DNA of 49,331 nt, from positions 1-49,331 of the IMG/VR virus record IMGVR_UViG_3300037465_000067. One strand, given 5' to 3'. A program made the position numbers and the translations under genes. The notes under the pieces are model-generated. The model searched no databases. It saw only the letters and a program-made list of their open reading frames with translations, and was not told where the DNA came from. Shown here one piece after another: positions 1 to 8,915 of the stretch. This DNA is from a virus. Lineage: Duplodnaviria; Caudoviricetes. Position 1 is the stretch's first letter. Each line of letters opens with the position of its first letter.

Positions 1-3
1 GGG

Positions 4-306
4 GTGGGAAATCGGGGCGGAGTCCACGGTCCTTGGGTATCTGGATGCGTCCGCGCTAGAAATGGGGGGTGGAATGTGGCTGACGCTTTTGACGAAACCC
101 GACCACTGATTCAGGCGATGCGGCAAATCTTCAAAGACGATGTGTCTGCCTATCCTCGAATCAGATTCCAAAATGGCCTGTTTTCCGAACACGAACTAAT
201 TCTTGTCCACGGGGCCATTACCACTCCCGAGCTTTATGCAGCATGGAAATGCAGCCTTGCCCATCTCCATGAAGATGGAACGGTTAGCCGCTTCGGACGA
301 CAATAG
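4..306 (+). CDS. Hypothetical protein, 5' end uncertain (frame open to window edge)
   Basis: ORF track; C-terminal part (WNVADAFDETRPLIQ...) looks coding; directly precedes the exonuclease. Confidence 0.55.
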   Translation: MGNRGGVHGPWVSGCVRARNGGWNVADAFDETRPLIQAMRQIFKDDVSAYPRIRFQNGLFSEHELILVHGAITTPELYAAWKCSLAHLHEDGTVSRFGRQ

Positions 307-333
307 CAACCAAAGACGACATCGAGTTTCTAG

Positions 334-1170
334 ATGCTTAAACTTGACGCTACAATGATTGACTGCTTCTTGACCTGCCGCGAGAAATTCCGTCGGAGAT
401 ATATCGAGAACATTGTCCCCAAGAAGCCCTTAATCCATCTTGAATTTGGCAAGGCCGTGCATCTTGGAGCCGAGCATTTCTGGAGGGGCGCTAGCTATGA
501 AGAGGCGTTTTCGGCTGCCGTCAACTATGCCGCCAGTCTGGACATTACGGAATTGAACCTGAAAGAGCGTGAAAAGTGGAGCGAGATGCAGCGGTATCTG
601 CCCGACCTGTTAGGGGCTTACTATGAAAGCCACGACGCCTCAGAAATAGACAGACAAGAAGCCGTTGAGCTTGAGTGGGAGCGAGACTACGATGGCATTA
701 AAATAGGAGGAAAAATAGACAGGCTAGACATCCTTGCCATCCTTTATGACATCAAAACCCGAAGTGCCATCGGAGCAAGCTGGAGGGAAGATGCCCAGCA
801 AGAGTTTCTCAGGAGTTTTCAGTTGGGGCTTTACGACTGGGCGTTCATGCCCCGCAAGATTGTTGTTGAGGTTTGTGTCAAGCCGTATCGGGGCAGCGAG
901 CCGAGAATTGTTCCCATTGAGTTGACCGAGATTATGGCCTATCGAGCCAGATTCAAGCAGCAGTTGAAGTGGATAGTCAGGGAAATCCAGCACTATTACC
1001 AATACTATCTTGCAGCGCGTCCCTGGCCGATGTCGTCGTCAGCCTGTATGGGCAAATTCGGAGCGTGTGACTATCTAAAACATCTGTGCAACGGCGGAGA
1101 TAGTCCGCGCAATCTGGAACACTTCAAGCCGAGAGAAGAACATCTTAAATTGATGGGAGCAGCCGAATGA
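334..1170 (+). CDS. PD-(D/E)XK exonuclease (RecB/AddB/Cas4-like)
   Basis: N-terminal C..KF..RY and FGKAVH, catalytic GKIDRL...YDIKT, C-terminal C-x6-C-x6-C cluster; coupled to an annealing protein gene. Confidence 0.88.
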   Translation: MLKLDATMIDCFLTCREKFRRRYIENIVPKKPLIHLEFGKAVHLGAEHFWRGASYEEAFSAAVNYAASLDITELNLKEREKWSEMQRYLPDLLGAYYESHDASEIDRQEAVELEWERDYDGIKIGGKIDRLDILAILYDIKTRSAIGASWREDAQQEFLRSFQLGLYDWAFMPRKIVVEVCVKPYRGSEPRIVPIELTEIMAYRARFKQQLKWIVREIQHYYQYYLAARPWPMSSSACMGKFGACDYLKHLCNGGDSPRNLEHFKPREEHLKLMGAAE

Positions 1171-1868
1171 CCAAGCCCGCTAATCCCGCTTTAGTCGAAG
1201 CCTTGTCCAAAGTCAAAGAAGAAACCACCGCCATTCAGCGCCAGGATGATTCAGCCCTGCCTGCGTGGATGGAGTCAATGGACAAGCTGGACTGGAAAGA
1301 CTTGAAGCCGCCGGTAATTGCTACCGTGCTGGCAAAGATTCCACGACGCGGCAGGGGCGGCGAGATGGTCTTTCTAAAGCCCGTTCAGGCACTTATCTTT
1401 GCCTTGCGCTGCTATGAACTGGGGCTTTCACCCTTCGGCAACGAAGTCTGGTTTAACGCAGACACAAACACGGTCAACATCACACTGGAAGGCAAGCGCA
1501 AGCTGGCCCACGACAAAGGATATAAATTCGGCCCCTGCCAGTTCAAGCGCCAGATAAGGGACTGGCCGTCAGCCAAGCAGAAGCCTGCCGGGATTGCGCA
1601 AGACATCGGATACACCTGCCAGTTGCCGGTTCACGGATGGGACAAGCCGACAGAATATACCGCATGGCTGAGCGAGTGGTATATGCCGCGTTCTCCGGTC
1701 TGGCAGGAGAAGCCTGAGCACATGCTTCAAGTCCGCGCCCAGGAAAAGGCCATCAGCTTTGCCACGGGCGTCGGGGCCAGCGAAATGCCTGGAGATGATG
1801 ACATTGCCGGGGCAGAAGTTCCGCAAGTTGAAGTTGTTGAAAGCGAATTCAAGCCGATGAAGGAGTAA
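1167..1868 (+). CDS. Single-strand annealing protein, Bet/RecT family
   Basis: GLSPF..EVWF and C-terminal W..KPEHML..RA..KAI motifs; ATGA overlap with the exonuclease. Confidence 0.8.
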   Translation: MTKPANPALVEALSKVKEETTAIQRQDDSALPAWMESMDKLDWKDLKPPVIATVLAKIPRRGRGGEMVFLKPVQALIFALRCYELGLSPFGNEVWFNADTNTVNITLEGKRKLAHDKGYKFGPCQFKRQIRDWPSAKQKPAGIAQDIGYTCQLPVHGWDKPTEYTAWLSEWYMPRSPVWQEKPEHMLQVRAQEKAISFATGVGASEMPGDDDIAGAEVPQVEVVESEFKPMKE

Positions 1869-1869
1869 A

Positions 1870-2202
1870 ATGTTGCAGAATCCAAAACCGTTGTACTGTC
1901 CAGCCTGCGGTCGGGCCAGCGAGCAAATCCCAATGAAAAGCCGGTATGGGTGTTCTGTGGACTTGGCGTGTGGCACGACGGTTAAGCTGGTAGAAATTTA
2001 CAAAGGAACCCGCGATATACCCATTGCAAGGGTTGTCGTGAACGGCGGCAATCCGTTTGCAGCGACGGGGCACGATGGTGATTATTCCAGTAATTTAAGT
2101 ATTTTAATTGAGGAGATGTCATTGGGAGGTCTGCTTACATTTATTTACAGGCTGTCTGAGGAATTCACAAAATTCCGACAGGGCATGCAGGCATCAAAGT
2201 GA
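1870..2202 (+). CDS. Hypothetical protein with N-terminal CPACG motif
   Basis: ORF track, operon coupling. Confidence 0.6.
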   Translation: MLQNPKPLYCPACGRASEQIPMKSRYGCSVDLACGTTVKLVEIYKGTRDIPIARVVVNGGNPFAATGHDGDYSSNLSILIEEMSLGGLLTFIYRLSEEFTKFRQGMQASK

Positions 2203-2447
2203 AGACGGTTAAACTTCCGTGCGGAGCAACCATCGATGCGCAGCCCGATTCCCCAGACCTGTGGGTTTTTAGCGCAACCGCAGGCGTCGCATTTGCACGC
2301 ACAGGGCGAAACAACCCGACGGGTGAATACTCGAAGGATGTAGAGATTTTAATTAAAGACAGTAACCTTTCAGTGTTGGTCGAGTTCTTATCTGGTCTAA
2401 TCGAAAGCAAGCCAAATTCAAGGAGAAAAAAGCATGTCAAAGTATGA
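2199..2447 (+). CDS. Hypothetical protein
   Basis: Overlapping start/stop with neighbours. Confidence 0.55.
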   Translation: MKTVKLPCGATIDAQPDSPDLWVFSATAGVAFARTGRNNPTGEYSKDVEILIKDSNLSVLVEFLSGLIESKPNSRRKKHVKV

Positions 2448-3018
2448 TTCAATCAACGCAGGATTCAGCGGAGAAAAGAAGGCGTTGCCGGAAGGAACTT
2501 ACGGCAGCGGGACAGAAGCAGGCCTTCAAGTCGTCCACTACATTGGCGCAAGACCGACCAAGGATAAGGCGCTTAACCGCCACTCGTTTCTTGTCGCCTC
2601 AACCAACGGTATTGAGGGCACAGCGTTTCTGGCTATCCAGCTTAAAGATGAATGGCTGGACGACGGAACTATTTCGCTGGCCTTCAACAATCCCGACTCG
2701 GCCACAGAAGAAGAGCGCAAGGCGGCAGAAAAGAGACTCTATCTTGCTGCTGTTGAGCGGGCGAAGGCCAACGGCGCCGATGAAGAAAACATTGAAGAAG
2801 CGGCCCAGGACACTTACAAGAAGCTGCTGACTCAAATCAAAGTGTCTATCGGACAGATGTTCCGTTTGCAAGACTGGAAGGGTGTCGAGCGAGACCCCTT
2901 CGCTCCCATTGCGGAACTTGTGGGGATAGAATTTGCTGGCACTATCAAGCCCGGCCTGACAGAATCAACGTCAGAAGTTGACAGCATCTTCTCGAAGAAG
3001 AAAGCCAAGTCTCAATAA
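2434..3018 (+). CDS. Hypothetical protein, possibly ssDNA-binding
   Basis: AGGAG RBS; ALPEGTY N-terminus resembles DUF669-type phage SSBs; position in the recombination module. Confidence 0.5.
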   Translation: MSKYDSINAGFSGEKKALPEGTYGSGTEAGLQVVHYIGARPTKDKALNRHSFLVASTNGIEGTAFLAIQLKDEWLDDGTISLAFNNPDSATEEERKAAEKRLYLAAVERAKANGADEENIEEAAQDTYKKLLTQIKVSIGQMFRLQDWKGVERDPFAPIAELVGIEFAGTIKPGLTESTSEVDSIFSKKKAKSQ

Positions 3019-3028
3019 GGAGGCTTCC

Positions 3029-3307
3029 ATGAAAGACAGAGCGTTTCAAATTGTCTGCATGACGATGTTCTTTCTTCTGCTGGCGGTTTCTGTTTTTGCT
3101 GGCAGATTACAGCGCGAGAATGAGAACTTGCGAGGTTTGAACCAAGCGCTGACAGAAGAAGCTGACAGACACTTTGCCGAGCGCTTGGGCATTGAAGGAG
3201 AAATGGTTCACTGTAACCGCGACAGAACGGGGCTGGCGCTGACGCTGTGGGCCATCGAGCAACAAATTGACATGTCTGAGCTTGAGTTGCCGGGAGACGG
3301 AGAATGA
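3029..3307 (+). CDS. Membrane-anchored coiled-coil hypothetical protein
   Basis: TAAGGAGG RBS, N-terminal hydrophobic helix. Confidence 0.65.
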   Translation: MKDRAFQIVCMTMFFLLLAVSVFAGRLQRENENLRGLNQALTEEADRHFAERLGIEGEMVHCNRDRTGLALTLWAIEQQIDMSELELPGDGE

Positions 3308-4185
3308 GCAGAATCCGCGGGCTGGTTGTCGGGGATACACACTGCGGCTCTATCTATGGCCTGGCCAAGCCGGGGCTTAAGCTGTCTGACGATAGCGAGC
3401 TGGGTCTAAATCCTGGACAGGAGCATCTATGGAAGTGCTGGCAGCATATGGTTGGAGCCACAAAAGAGATTGGCTTCGATTTCGTCGTTCACATGGGAGA
3501 TGCCATCGACGGCAAGCAGCCCAGACAAAAGGCCACAGAGCTTTGTCTGCCCCTTATTAAGGACCAGAAGGCGCTTGCCGTCGAATGTCTTTCTCTGATT
3601 AAAGAAGCAAGACCAGAAGCGGCATGGTATTTTATTGCCGGCACTGAATACCATGACGGAGACGCCTGTGAAGCATTGGACGACATCGCCGAGCGGTGTG
3701 GAGCAATTCAGTACTACGGTGCCGGAACGGGCCGCTACAGCCGTGAAGTTCTTGACCTTAACATTGAAAACGTAGTCCTGAATTTTGCCCATCACGTTGG
3801 CGGGGCGACGGGGTTCTATCGCACAACTCCCATTGACCGCGAGGCTCAGTGGTCGGCGTTTGCCGGAAAAGATGGCAAGGTTCCCAGGGCCGACTCGATT
3901 CATCGTGCACACCTTCACCACTTTGTCCATATTGAACACGAATCTAAACACGGCTTTATCGGACCCTGCTGGCAGCTTCCGACCCGATTTATGCGTCACA
4001 GAAGCGCTTATCGCATGATGCCGTCCATAGGAAGCTATATTGTTGAAATCAACACAGAAGCCAAGAAGTCTGGAAACGACCCGATTGTTTTCAAGTCGGA
4101 TGATTTCAAACTTCTTTACCCGTTGCCACCATTCAAGATGGCGAGGTTAAAGTATGGCACAGCCAAAGCCCAAGCCTCAATTTAA
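3304..4185 (+). CDS. Calcineurin-like metallophosphoesterase
   Basis: GDTHCG, HMGDAIDG, GTEYHD, AHH and AHLHH metal-binding motifs in canonical order. Confidence 0.85.
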   Translation: MSRIRGLVVGDTHCGSIYGLAKPGLKLSDDSELGLNPGQEHLWKCWQHMVGATKEIGFDFVVHMGDAIDGKQPRQKATELCLPLIKDQKALAVECLSLIKEARPEAAWYFIAGTEYHDGDACEALDDIAERCGAIQYYGAGTGRYSREVLDLNIENVVLNFAHHVGGATGFYRTTPIDREAQWSAFAGKDGKVPRADSIHRAHLHHFVHIEHESKHGFIGPCWQLPTRFMRHRSAYRMMPSIGSYIVEINTEAKKSGNDPIVFKSDDFKLLYPLPPFKMARLKYGTAKAQASI

Positions 4186-4423
4186 CTGGGAACAAATTGA
4201 CCGGCTCCATGCCAAGTTGGACAAGTTTTGTTCTGGGGAAAACGACCCCGGATTTACCGTTGAAGAATACGCCACTCGCTACGGAATCGGATTTAATACA
4301 GCGCGAGGAAGGCTGGACGGAATGGTTGCCAGCGGGGTGCTTGTGGCGGGGTGGAGAGAAATTAAAACCGATTCAGGACGAAGGCGGGTCAGGGTATATT
4401 CTCCCACTCAGGAGCCACAATGA
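4154..4423 (+). CDS. Winged helix-turn-helix protein
   Basis: FTVEEYATRYGIGFNTARGRLDGMVASG HTH pattern plus wing. Confidence 0.7.
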   Translation: MAQPKPKPQFNWEQIDRLHAKLDKFCSGENDPGFTVEEYATRYGIGFNTARGRLDGMVASGVLVAGWREIKTDSGRRRVRVYSPTQEPQ

Positions 4424-4515
4424 GCACATGGGAAGGATTGATGATGGTCGTTGCCGGGTTTCTGTTTGCAGCGATTCTTGACCAATTCGGATTCTGGGAC
4501 AGGCTCATAAAATGA
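4420..4515 (+). CDS. 31-aa membrane peptide (not in ORF track)
   Basis: MSTWEGLMMVVAGFLFAAILDQFGFWDRLIK; AGGAG RBS; ATGA overlaps at both ends. Confidence 0.6.
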   Translation: MSTWEGLMMVVAGFLFAAILDQFGFWDRLIK

Positions 4516-4868
4516 AGCGAGTAGTTTACATTGCCGGGCCATTCAGGGCAGCGAACCATTGGCTGATTGAGCAGAATATCCGCCGGGCAGAAGAAGCGGC
4601 GCTTGAAGTTTGGACGCTTGGTGCAATGGCTTTTTGTCCGCATCTGAACACGGCACACTTCCAGGACGTTTTGCCTGACGACACGTGGTTGGAAGGCGAC
4701 ATTGAAATCCTGAAACGCTGTGATGCCGTACTAATGGTTGAGGGATGGACAAATTCCGAAGGCGCTAAGCGGGAATATGGGGTCGCTCAGGAGTATGAAA
4801 TTCCCTGCTTTGTGTCCATAGACGAACTCAAAGACTGGCTGAACAAGGAGGGAGAAGACAATGCCTGA
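4512..4868 (+). CDS. Nucleoside 2-deoxyribosyltransferase-like protein (DUF4406/DUF1937-like)
   Basis: VYIAGPF, FCPH, LKRCDAV, GW..SEGAKRE motifs. Confidence 0.82.
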   Translation: MKRVVYIAGPFRAANHWLIEQNIRRAEEAALEVWTLGAMAFCPHLNTAHFQDVLPDDTWLEGDIEILKRCDAVLMVEGWTNSEGAKREYGVAQEYEIPCFVSIDELKDWLNKEGEDNA

Positions 4869-5133
4869 GCGGAGATTCGAGGAATTTGTTGAAGAAGTCT
4901 ATGCTCTACTTGCTCCCAAATCGGCTTCCAAGGGCTATTCTGAAGACGGCCCGAACGGACGAAATTCAGCCTATGAGTTTGTCGAAGAACACATTGACGA
5001 AAAGTCTCCCCATGCCCACGCGCTAGGGGAGATTATTTACAAAGCCATCCGCTATGCCCGCAAGCGGGACAAAGAAGATGCGCTGAAGATTGCGGCGTGG
5101 GCGTTTTTAATCTGGAAGTATCACAAGGACTAG
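4861..5133 (+). CDS. Small all-alpha protein, DUF3310/nucleotide pyrophosphatase-like
   Basis: GEIIYKAIRY..K..KEDALK...W pattern. Confidence 0.5.
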   Translation: MPERRFEEFVEEVYALLAPKSASKGYSEDGPNGRNSAYEFVEEHIDEKSPHAHALGEIIYKAIRYARKRDKEDALKIAAWAFLIWKYHKD

Positions 5134-5136
5134 ACG

Positions 5137-5550
5137 ATGAGGCTTAAGATTATCAGGGTCTCTCTCAAGCACAATGCCACTTTCGGCGTCTTTCTGCGTA
5201 ATGATGGCGTACCGTTTGCCGTGACGCTTGAGCGTCCGTGGATGTTTAATAAGCCAAGCGTTGGAGATGTTCCAGGAAGCTGTATTCCAGCGGGAACCTA
5301 TCTCTGCAAGCGCGTCAACAGCCCGAAATTTGGAGACACTTTTGAGGTTACTGGCGTTACGGGCCGCTCGGCCATTTTATTTCACAAGGGAAACATTAAC
5401 GACGACACCCGTGGCTGCATTCTGGTTGGCGAGCAATTTGAGCCAGTTAAAGGTAAAGACGGAATCGTGGCGTCAGCCAAGGGATTTGAAGAATTCAAGA
5501 CACTAACAGCTGGCCTCAACGAATTTGAGCTGGAGATTGTCGAGTATTGA
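5137..5550 (+). CDS. DUF5675 family protein (L,D-transpeptidase-like, candidate peptidoglycan enzyme)
   Basis: TLERPW, SCIPAGTY, GRSAILFHKGN...DTRGCILVG with His/Cys dyad. Confidence 0.85.
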   Translation: MRLKIIRVSLKHNATFGVFLRNDGVPFAVTLERPWMFNKPSVGDVPGSCIPAGTYLCKRVNSPKFGDTFEVTGVTGRSAILFHKGNINDDTRGCILVGEQFEPVKGKDGIVASAKGFEEFKTLTAGLNEFELEIVEY

Positions 5551-5603
5551 GGCAACCGTCTGTTATGGCATGGCATCCGATGGTGTAACTGGGGGTTAAA
5601 GTC

Positions 5604-5795
5604 ATGTGTGTTTCTTCCTTTGACCAAGACCACGACAACTTCCGCTGTCGTTATTGCCGCAGAATTCTTGGCCGCGATGAATGGACTCATGGCGATATGT
5701 GCTATGAGTGCCGCGAGGATTGGGAAGAACGGGCGGTAATTTCTGCCTATGAAAGAGACAGGCAGGCTGAGGCGGAGGGACGCGAGGATGAATAG
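5604..5795 (+). CDS. Small zinc-finger protein
   Basis: CRYC...CYEC. Confidence 0.55.
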   Translation: MCVSSFDQDHDNFRCRYCRRILGRDEWTHGDMCYECREDWEERAVISAYERDRQAEAEGREDE

Positions 5796-5982
5796 GTTTG
5801 TGCGCAGCGCGTTCGGTATGGGCAAGATAAGCGCACACAAGTTCGGGCCGTGCGGCGCTGGATTGGCCATTGTAGTGACCAGCGAACCGAAACACTGGGC
5901 TGTGGTAACAGCGTCAAAAATACCCTCTGATGGGGTTGCCATAGGTTACGCTACGGTTCCCGGCTGCTTTCCAGTGTGCTGA
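5788..5982 (+). CDS. Hypothetical protein
   Basis: Overlaps upstream stop; ORF track frame. Confidence 0.45.
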   Translation: MNRFVRSAFGMGKISAHKFGPCGAGLAIVVTSEPKHWAVVTASKIPSDGVAIGYATVPGCFPVC

Positions 5983-6010
5983 TGGCTAGGGCCACGGCCC
6001 GAAAAGTTTA

Positions 6011-6351
6011 TGCCGCACCACGGAGTAGCCGTAGGAGGTCCGAAAGGGCTTGATGTCGCTCTACGGTGATGACAACTGGTGCGGCACCAAGTTTGTGGGG
6101 TGATATTCCCATGCGCCGTCAAAGAATATCGGACAGGCTCTACTGGTGGGCATTCCACAAGAGCCGCGAGTCAGAATCGGTCTTGTGGTTTTGGCCTTGC
6201 TTTCTGGCCGAGGTCATATCGGCCATTCTGGACGGAGAATAAGTTGTGGGCGGCCTTCTCTTCGATGGCTGACGGCCATTTGGCCCTCGGAACCTTCGAG
6301 TCTAAAACCCCAGAGGGAAGCCAGCGGACGTGGCTGACGGGTCGCCCATAA
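6011..6351 (+). ncRNA. Tandem array of structured RNA elements
   Basis: Closing stems 6011-6020/6077-6086, 6093-6102/6151-6160 and 6244-6255/6340-6351 with internal hairpins and G-U pairs; no credible CDS. Confidence 0.65.
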
Positions 6352-6407
6352 GGTTGGAGGCAACAGGGCGGTCGGCAAACTTAAAGAACAACCGGCTTGG
6401 AGGAAGC

Positions 6408-6737
6408 ATGGCGAAGAAGAAACAGAAGACAGCTTTCAACGAATGGTGTGAGAAAAACTACGCTTGCCCGGAAGGACTGAGCGCCACGTTGGGACAGACC
6501 TTTGAAGAGTTCTGGTCAAAGTCGAACAACGGTGACTGGATGATGTGGGTTGTGAAAAAGATAATTCAGAGGAGCACTCCGTATGACCATATAGAGTGCG
6601 CGCTTATGTGGGTCTTTCAGTGTTGGTGCTCGGAGTTGGCTGGCGGAAGATACAAACGAAGCTTGGCAAGTCGCCTGCGAAGAATATTGCGCGCCGAGTA
6701 TATCGCTGACATGGGCGGGTTTCCGCTGAATCGGTAA
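6408..6737 (+). CDS. Hypothetical phage protein
   Basis: GGAGG RBS before ATG at 6408. Confidence 0.7.
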   Translation: MAKKKQKTAFNEWCEKNYACPEGLSATLGQTFEEFWSKSNNGDWMMWVVKKIIQRSTPYDHIECALMWVFQCWCSELAGGRYKRSLASRLRRILRAEYIADMGGFPLNR

Positions 6738-6877
6738 GGCGCAACCGCTCACGAAGCGGGTGATGAGATGACAGGTACACCGGCCTCCCTACCAGGCTCG
6801 GTAACACAACCGCGCGCGTGACGCCGCTGGTGGGCGATGGCGAAGGAGCGGCGACAAATCAGCATGGAGGTGCAACC

Positions 6878-7246
6878 TTGGGACTCTACAATATGGTCTT
6901 CGGCCAAAACCCCGCGTCTGATGCGATTCTAGCCACGCTGGGCCTGACAAGGAACGATGTGGGAAGATTCCGCGATTGCTTCATCAGCGATGGGGAGATT
7001 GCCGTTTACACCAGAAACGGCGGCGGAAACCGCGAAGCCTATCAAGACGCGCTGGAACAACTCTCCCAGCACCCTTGCTATCTCCGCGACGAGGACGACG
7101 ACTTTGATTGTACCTATTGCACGGTCTATTTCAGATTCCCGGACGAGTTCGCCGAGGACTTGAGGAGGCTGGATACGGGAGAGAAGTTTGAGCCATCCAA
7201 ACGTTGGCTCGACGCTATTGAGGCGTTGAATCGGACGGTGAAATGA
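6878..7246 (+). CDS. Hypothetical phage protein
   Basis: GGAGG RBS before TTG; YTRNGGGNRE and DDDFDCTY motifs. Confidence 0.75.
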   Translation: MGLYNMVFGQNPASDAILATLGLTRNDVGRFRDCFISDGEIAVYTRNGGGNREAYQDALEQLSQHPCYLRDEDDDFDCTYCTVYFRFPDEFAEDLRRLDTGEKFEPSKRWLDAIEALNRTVK

Positions 7247-7289
7247 GGCAGGGGCGGCGGATTGAGAAGGCCCGGCGAGGAGGAAGCCC

Positions 7290-7493
7290 TTGAGTCTGAT
7301 TACACGCAATCGAGAATATGGCTTCTGTTGCTACTGCATTCGTGGCACGTGGATTCGTGTGGCGGAACTGAAGTCGAGGCGCGCTGCTGGTGAGAGCATC
7401 AAGGTTCTGTGCCAATACTACGGCCTGAGCATTGAACAGGTGCGTGCTGCGTTGGGGTTCCGGCGGAAGCGAGGAAGGAGGCAACGATGGTAG
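7290..7493 (+). CDS. DUF433 family HTH protein
   Basis: CIRGT.IRV..L.....AGESI..L...YGLSIEQVRAAL. Confidence 0.75.
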   Translation: MSLITRNREYGFCCYCIRGTWIRVAELKSRRAAGESIKVLCQYYGLSIEQVRAALGFRRKRGRRQRW

Positions 7494-8909
7494 AAGAAGT
7501 CTCGTACTTGATGTGGGCGGCCTTTGCCGTGGGAATTGTCTTCGGCTTCGGTCTGTGTGAACGGTTTGTTGTCTCTAGGTTGGCGCAGCGGAGGAAGCAA
7601 TGAAGCGCAAACCGACACGCGAGGAAGTGGGAGCGGCGAACTTGAAGGAGGTTTGTATATGACTAAAAACGATTGGGAAGAACTTCGGATATTGGCGGTC
7701 GCTATGAGCAGCCCGGAGAACCAACCTCCGCAGTTCACGCAGCAAGAAGCGGTTGTGCGAGCAATGGAGATTCTATCCCGTGGTTAAGGAGCAAGGCCAT
7801 GGATTGTTTCAAGGCCCCAACTTGGCAGAATTGGATTGCTGTCTTGGGATTCATTCTGTTCTGTGCCGCCCTTGGGCTTGTCGCCTACCTTGAATTTGCT
7901 TGCTAGGCGGGCTACGAGGTGAAGCGGCGGAGGAGGAAACGATGAGGCGCAAACCCAAGAAAATCATCGAGCAACTAGCGCGAGAACGTGAGTATGCCAA
8001 GGAAGTATTGGTCGTGGCAGCGTGTTGCTGGGCACAGGGACTTCCGACCGCGAACGACATATTGCTCCGAGCAAAAGTCGAGAATTACCAAGAAGCGAAT
8101 CGCAGGTTTGAGGAGGCAATGGGAGGAGGATTCCAGTGAAGAGTAAGATGACACGCGAGGAAGCTAGAAGGTTGCTCCGCAAGCACGCGCTCGACATCCG
8201 CCTGCACGCCTTGGGCTTGTTGGGGCAGATGCTCCTGCCGCAAGTCTATTTCCAAAGTGTGCTCCGCGAACTCGACACCGCCGAGAAGCGGCTGGAGGAG
8301 GCTGGGAGATGAGCGATTGGGCTGACGAGAAGGCCGAAGCCGTTCTGGCAACGTACAGGGATTCCGACAGCAACGCCCCGCTTCGAGATACAATCGCACT
8401 GGCCCTCCGCGAAGCCGCAGCCGAGGCCGAGCTGAGGGCCATCTTCACTGAAAGCGGCGCTTTCACCGAATTGGTTATAGAGAAGGTTCTTGCTCCAAGC
8501 CCATGTGGAAATCCCGGGCACTTTCTGTTTCAAATCAACGGTTCAGCTTGCATCGCATGTCAAGATAAAAAAACAACTGATAGAGGATGCTGAGCAGGGG
8601 ATGTGCGAACCGATGGAATGTGGGCACCCGAGAGCTTGTGTATTTGAAGTTGCCGAAGATGTTGGCCCTAATGTGGGTGGGCAAGACTCGCCCCACGCGG
8701 AATGCTCCGCCTGCGCCTCCAAGAAGCTTGTGAGGCGGGAGGCGATGGAGCTGGCGTGCTCTGTGCTCGGAAAAGTAGAAGACCCGCAGATTATTTTGGA
8801 CAAAATTCCACACTGTCAGAATCCCATCCTAGTCGCGGAACTCATCCGAATTTTAGGGCTGGCCATCCGCGCCGCCTTCCGCGAGAAGTATGGGTTGAAG
8901 GAGGGCTAA
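7487..8909 (+). other. Cluster of short hypothetical ORFs (7487-7603, 7659-7787, 7799-7906, 7942-8139, 8136-8312, 8309-8593, ~8600-8909)
   Basis: Most have GGAG/GAGG RBS and overlapping start/stop codons; two are single-TM peptides. Confidence 0.6.
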
Positions 8910-8915
8910 CAGCCG

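Noticed and set aside
334-1170. Cas4-like nuclease as part of a CRISPR system
   Set aside because: No repeat-spacer array or other cas genes; it is coupled to an annealing protein as in Red-type recombination
6011-6351. Canonical tRNA genes or a hammerhead ribozyme
   Set aside because: No D/anticodon/T-arm arrangement with a TTCRA loop; TGATGA and GAAA are present but not in hammerhead order
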